Shown: positions 32,841 through 37,041 of the stretch, in pieces
How the letters are laid out: each line of letters starts with the position of its first letter
Position numbering within the stretch: the first letter of the stretch is position 1
Origin: Octopus bimaculoides
Taxonomy: Eukaryota
Reading direction: 5' to 3'
DNA length: 37,041 bases
Assembly (NCBI RefSeq): GCF_001194135.2
Contig: NC_068992.1
Span: forward strand, 18,379,347 to 18,416,387
Translations under genes and position numbers: made by a program
Notes under the pieces: generated by a model
Told to the model about the DNA's origin: nothing
What the model saw: the letters and a program-made list of their open reading frames with translations, nothing else
Database searches by the model: none

Positions 32841-33529
32841 ACCGACAAATCCTCCATGTCATCCCATGCGACATATATAAATCATCATTTACAGAATAAG
32901 TATATTAACATGAAAATCAGTTTCCTTACACTACGCACTCGAGAAAGTATTGTTATATTGTAAATAGTAGTCTTTAAGCTGGCAATATAGTCAAGGATTA
33001 CTCCGTAATGCTTTTCTATGTTAGATGATATGATTTTCGAATTATAAAGTTTTCACAAGGATAACAAACGAGTTTATCTAGGTTTCAGTTAAATATTTCC
33101 GTCGTCAAATTTACTAATTATTCTTCTCTTACATTTTGATTGATTACAGGGACCAATAAAACTTTGATGTTAAACAGACCAGATCTGAATTATCTCCTTC
33201 TGCTACAGAAAGCATGATATTCCTTCCATCACTACTTTGAACGAGATTCTTGTAAGCTCCATAGCATATATTACTGAATATCAGTATATATTAACTAAAA
33301 TATTTCCCAAACAATGAGTATTGATTTCCTTCAGTCTAATTGGGTTGACTAAATCATCTTCATGTCCCAGCTATTTGTTTAAGGGAAGATGCATTGATGT
33401 TGGATAAGATCTTTGTTTGTAATTGGTGTTTATTTTATTGATCACATCATGGTGGCTACAGTGGACAGTCTCAAAACTCATTTCGTTGTTGGCTAACCAT
33501 TACACATTCCGTTTAGGCAACTACTTTCT

Positions 33530-33536
33530 TTCTCAC

Positions 33537-33595
<59 letters not shown>

Positions 33596-33660
33596 CTCTC
33601 TCTCTCTCTTTCTCTCTCTCTCATTTCTCTCTCTCTCTCTTTCTCTCTCACTCTCACTCA
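33530..33660. repeat. (CT)n microsatellite
   Basis: Long CT run with a few interruptions. Confidence 0.95.
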
Positions 33661-33938
33661 CTTACTATGTGTATCTCTCTGACTCACTGTGTCTGTCTTT
33701 TTCTGCATATATANNNNNNNNNNNNNNNNNNNNNNNNNNNNNNNNNNNNNNNNNNNNNNNNNNNNNNNNNNNNNNNNNNNNNNNNNNNNNNNNNNNNNNN
33801 NNNNNNNNNNNNNNNNNNNNNNNNNNNNNNNNNNNNNNNNNNNNNNNNNNNNNNNNNNNNNNNNNNNNNNNNNNNNNNNNNNNNNNNNNNNNNNNNNNNN
33901 NNNNNNNNNNNNNNNNNNNNNNNNNNNNNNNNNNNNNN

Positions 33939-33971
<33 letters not shown>

Positions 33972-34525
33972 TTAAGTTAGTATTTGTGTATGTATTTGAG
34001 GCTAAGAGTTAGCTGGTGTAAATAAAACTTTTATGGCTGGTTATTTCTAATCGAAACATAAATGTGTATGTAGAAATTTGGCAGTTGAAGTCGAAAGGTG
34101 TTAGTTATCGATCGAATTAATGTATAAATGGAAAACAGAAGTCGAAGTTTCTTGACGAATTAATGTGTGATATATTTTCGATACAGTTTTTATCTAGTAT
34201 GGACTCAATTAAATCGCTCATCTATTATTTATATATTAATATATCACTTGGACATAAACTGGCGAACAAAATACATTGCAGTAATTACGTTAGACATCTG
34301 TAGGTACTGAGTTCGCAATAAATTTTAGGTTTCCTTTACGCTTTCGCCTTCGGGGATTGGAAATCATATACCACGTGGAGACTGCTGTTCATGATACTTT
34401 CTTCCAGGGATGTGGGGCTTTGCGCTTAGGCTCCAAGTCAATAATTTAAGATATTGTTATCCAAATCTGAAACGGGAAATTAATAAAAAAGAAAAAACGC
34501 AAAACATTAAGGGAATGTAAAGTAT

Positions 34526-34612
34526 AGCGCAAGTGTGGCTGTGTTATAAGCGGTTCGCTTCCCAACTGCTTGGCATATTCGTCAACTGTTCATATTCTAT
34601 AGCACCTGGCTG
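34526..34612 (+). mobile_element. Degenerate SINE family B head fragment
   Basis: GCGCAAGTGTGGCTGTGTTATAAG..TTCGCTTCCCAAC..TTCTATAGC. Confidence 0.55.
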
Positions 34613-35049
34613 CGAATTTTTTTTTTTCCACGAGGGCTCCGCACCACAGTTATGATCACATTTGCATACAGCCAATCGGAGTTCAACTATCAAACTAATT
34701 CATGAGCGCATAACAAGCGATGGGCGATAAGAAAAGTTCACTTGGGTAAGGAATGACCATGCTTCTTTTCTCTTTTAACATTGCTTGTTGCTCTTGTTCT
34801 TGTTTCAACAATGACCGGTTCTGCGTAGTGATTTGTGTTGTTGTATATTTTGTAAAACAGTAAGTGGAGAGGGTTGCTAGCCTCACACTCGATGAGAGCA
34901 CAATACAATATTCGCATGGCAACCGGAGGACAGCATTTTGAATGCCAACCTTTGTTAAATTGACAACGAGCTTAAGGTGAGCTCTGATTGGCTGTTTCAA
35001 ATAAGTTCATTCCTGGGGTCTGGAATACTCGTGGAAAAATCGCTACCAG

Positions 35050-35138
35050 GTCAGTGAAACCTTTGTTAATTAATTTGATCGACGGAAAAACAAATACGCT
35101 CGTCGTATATTTATATATACGTGCGTATACATGTTTAA

Positions 35139-35176
<38 letters not shown>

Positions 35177-35186
35177 NNNNNNNNNN

Positions 35187-35221
<35 letters not shown>

Positions 35222-35455
35222 TGTGTGTGTATTTGTTCTTTGTGTTGGTGCTTGTCTTCCACCTACGCTTGACAACAGGTTTGGGTTCATATATGTCTCC
35301 ATAAGATAACGGTTCAGCATTAGAGATAGAATAAGTTCCAGGCATGAAAGAAAAACATAAGTACCAGAATCGATTCGTTCGACTAAAATCCTTCGAGGCG
35401 ATTCTTCCAGCATGGCCGTAGTCCAATGACTGGAAAAGAGTAAAGGAACAAGAAT
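35050..35455 (+). mobile_element. Diverged SINE family B copy with central (GT)n and gap
   Basis: GACGGAAAAAC..CGTCGTATAT, (GT)n, CGCTTGACAAC, GATAGAATAAGT, TTCGACTAAA and CCAGCATGGCCGTAGTCCAATGACTG tail. Confidence 0.8.
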
Positions 35456-35469
35456 AAAATGTATAACCA

Positions 35470-35636
35470 CGTGGTTTTAGATTTCATTTCTACTTCACTT
35501 AACTAAATCAATTCATAAGGTTTGGGTCGGCCCGGTGCTTTAGAAGATGACAGTTGACGAGTGTGGCAGGCAGTGGGACTGAACCTGCAGTTATATGATT
35601 GGGAAGCGAATCATTTACAACAAGCCACGCTTGCGT
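35470..35636 (-). mobile_element. SINE family B 5' half
   Basis: AAGGTTTGGGTCGGCCCGG..GCAGTGGGACTGAACC..GATTGGGAAGC..AAGCCACGCTTGCG is the reverse-complement head. Confidence 0.75.
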
Positions 35637-36550
35637 GATACTTTACATTTCCTTAGTGTTTTGAGGGTTTTCGTTTTTTAAATTGTCATTTCAAATTTAG
35701 ATAGTGATTTTTTAAAATCATTAAATTGGAACCTAAGCGCAAAACTACACATTCGAAGAAGAAAATATCGTCGACAACTGTATCCACGTGGTATATGATT
35801 TCCAATCCCTGAAGGTGAGGGCACGAGTCAAACCTAAAGCCTGTTGCGAACTTAGTACATACAAACATCTAACATAATTACTGCAATGTATTTCGTTCGC
35901 CAATTGAGGACTAAGCGATATATTGATATATAAATAAAAGATGGCTAAACGTATGCAGGGCCCCGGCGTATGTGTGTGGGAATTTTCCTGGCTACAAAAT
36001 CTTTTACAATGAATTTTTCAAATGTCAAACGTTCATATATTTTTCTTAAAAGTAAAATTATGAGAACGCTTTTACATTTTTTTTTTTTAACATGAAGGGG
36101 CTAAGTAAGGGCACTTATAAGTAAGGTGCATCATAACTATTCCAGAGCCTAATTTGTCCTAAATCCGGCACTGAATGTGTGAGGACGTTACTGTTGTAGA
36201 TCCAAGGTTTAATGATGGATTCGGCTGCGTGGAAACTATACAGAATCACGTGTTTAATAGTTTTTATAGGCTGTAAAGCAGAACAATATGCTAACAGATT
36301 TTGTAGGGGGAAATAAAATTACTCAATATATTGGAGCTACTCTCCGCCAATTAAACTGCATCTATTGTAGCTTCCGGAGGAATGTGTGCCAAGTATTTAA
36401 AAACCCCGACTCTTAAGTATTTGTTGAGAAATAGGAAACTTATTTAATGCGAACAAAAATTCACTGAAAACAAACACTATATACCATGATAGCATAAATC
36501 ACACGTTAAAAATATAAATATTACCACACTCCTGCATACATATGTGCAAA

Positions 36551-36610
36551 CGCGTGTTCGTACGTGTGTTCGTGCGTGTGTTCGTACGTGTGTTCGTGCG
36601 TGTGTTTGTA
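36551..36610. repeat. 12-bp minisatellite x5 with alternating last base
   Basis: CGCGTGTTCGTA, CGTGTGTTCGTG, CGTGTGTTCGTA, CGTGTGTTCGTG, CGTGTGTTTGTA. Confidence 0.9.
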
Positions 36611-36969
36611 TGTAAGCGCATTCATAATCGTATAAAGGCATAAACACATTAATAAAGTGAGATACGTTATCATAAAAAAAGTCGATAAGGTCTGCGCTTT
36701 CAAACACACAGTTTATTCCAATATTTCATAATAAACACAAAGAGAAACACACACATACACAGACACTCGTGCACGCGCTCACACACGCATACACAGACAC
36801 TTGTGCACGCCCACACACACACACAAATATATATGTGTGTACAAACTCAGGGAAAGAGCTATATCCTGACAAAGATAAAACACAAACACATATAAATGTA
36901 TAAAATATAAATATTTACATATTTATATAATAAATATAAAGATTATATACATGCTTAGTTATGGATGTA

Positions 36970-37041
<72 letters not shown>

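Noticed and set aside
32684-32899. 71-aa ORF with a signal-peptide-like N-terminus and several Cys
   Set aside because: It has a non-ATG start and its middle is a degenerate SINE-A; no splice or homology support.
33150-33251. Possible 102-nt exon (polypyrimidine..TACAG acceptor, GTAAGC donor)
   Set aside because: Stop codons in all three frames. A non-coding or shorter exon cannot be excluded without RNA-seq.
34695-35000. 101-aa minus-strand ORF
   Set aside because: TTG start, low-complexity Q/E stretch from a TTG/TTC repeat, no recognisable domain.
1-37041. Prokaryotic or phage-type systems (operons, defence islands, retrons)
   Set aside because: No gene-dense coding sequence or RBS-led ORFs; composition and repeats are those of an animal genome.

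Overview
AT-rich, microsatellite-dense eukaryotic DNA from a draft assembly. It has 12 N-gaps (~1.9 kb in total: 3780-4167, 8578-8681, 10627-10636, 13224-13531, 18875-18991, 19860-20090, 20980-21038, 25396-25559, 27877-27958, 31513-31706, 33714-33938, 35177-35186), almost all bounded by (TA)n, (CA)n or (GA)n runs. I find no intact host protein-coding gene, RNA gene or CRISPR array; the long ORFs in the track are microsatellite or N artefacts, or transposon debris. The window reads as intronic or intergenic transposon graveyard. The two tRNA-headed SINE families (called A and B here) match what I recall of octopus SINEs, so an octopod genome is my inference, not a verified result. Recognisable fossils are: two R4/Dong-type LINE 3' ends with the restriction-like endonuclease region; an internally deleted mariner; an RTE LINE with an inverted 5' part and no RT domain; a Penelope-like RT remnant missed by the ORF track; and a very decayed hAT. 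The most interesting unexplained structures are: (1) a short TA-embedded repeat family carrying a minimal hammerhead-ribozyme-like fold with a variant core; (2) a separate type III hammerhead-shaped three-way junction; (3) a perfect 32-bp-stem hairpin made by fold-back inside a SINE; (4) a twin-priming-like inverted RTE; (5) dimeric SINEs with a shared junction, one bounded by a 15-bp target-site duplication.
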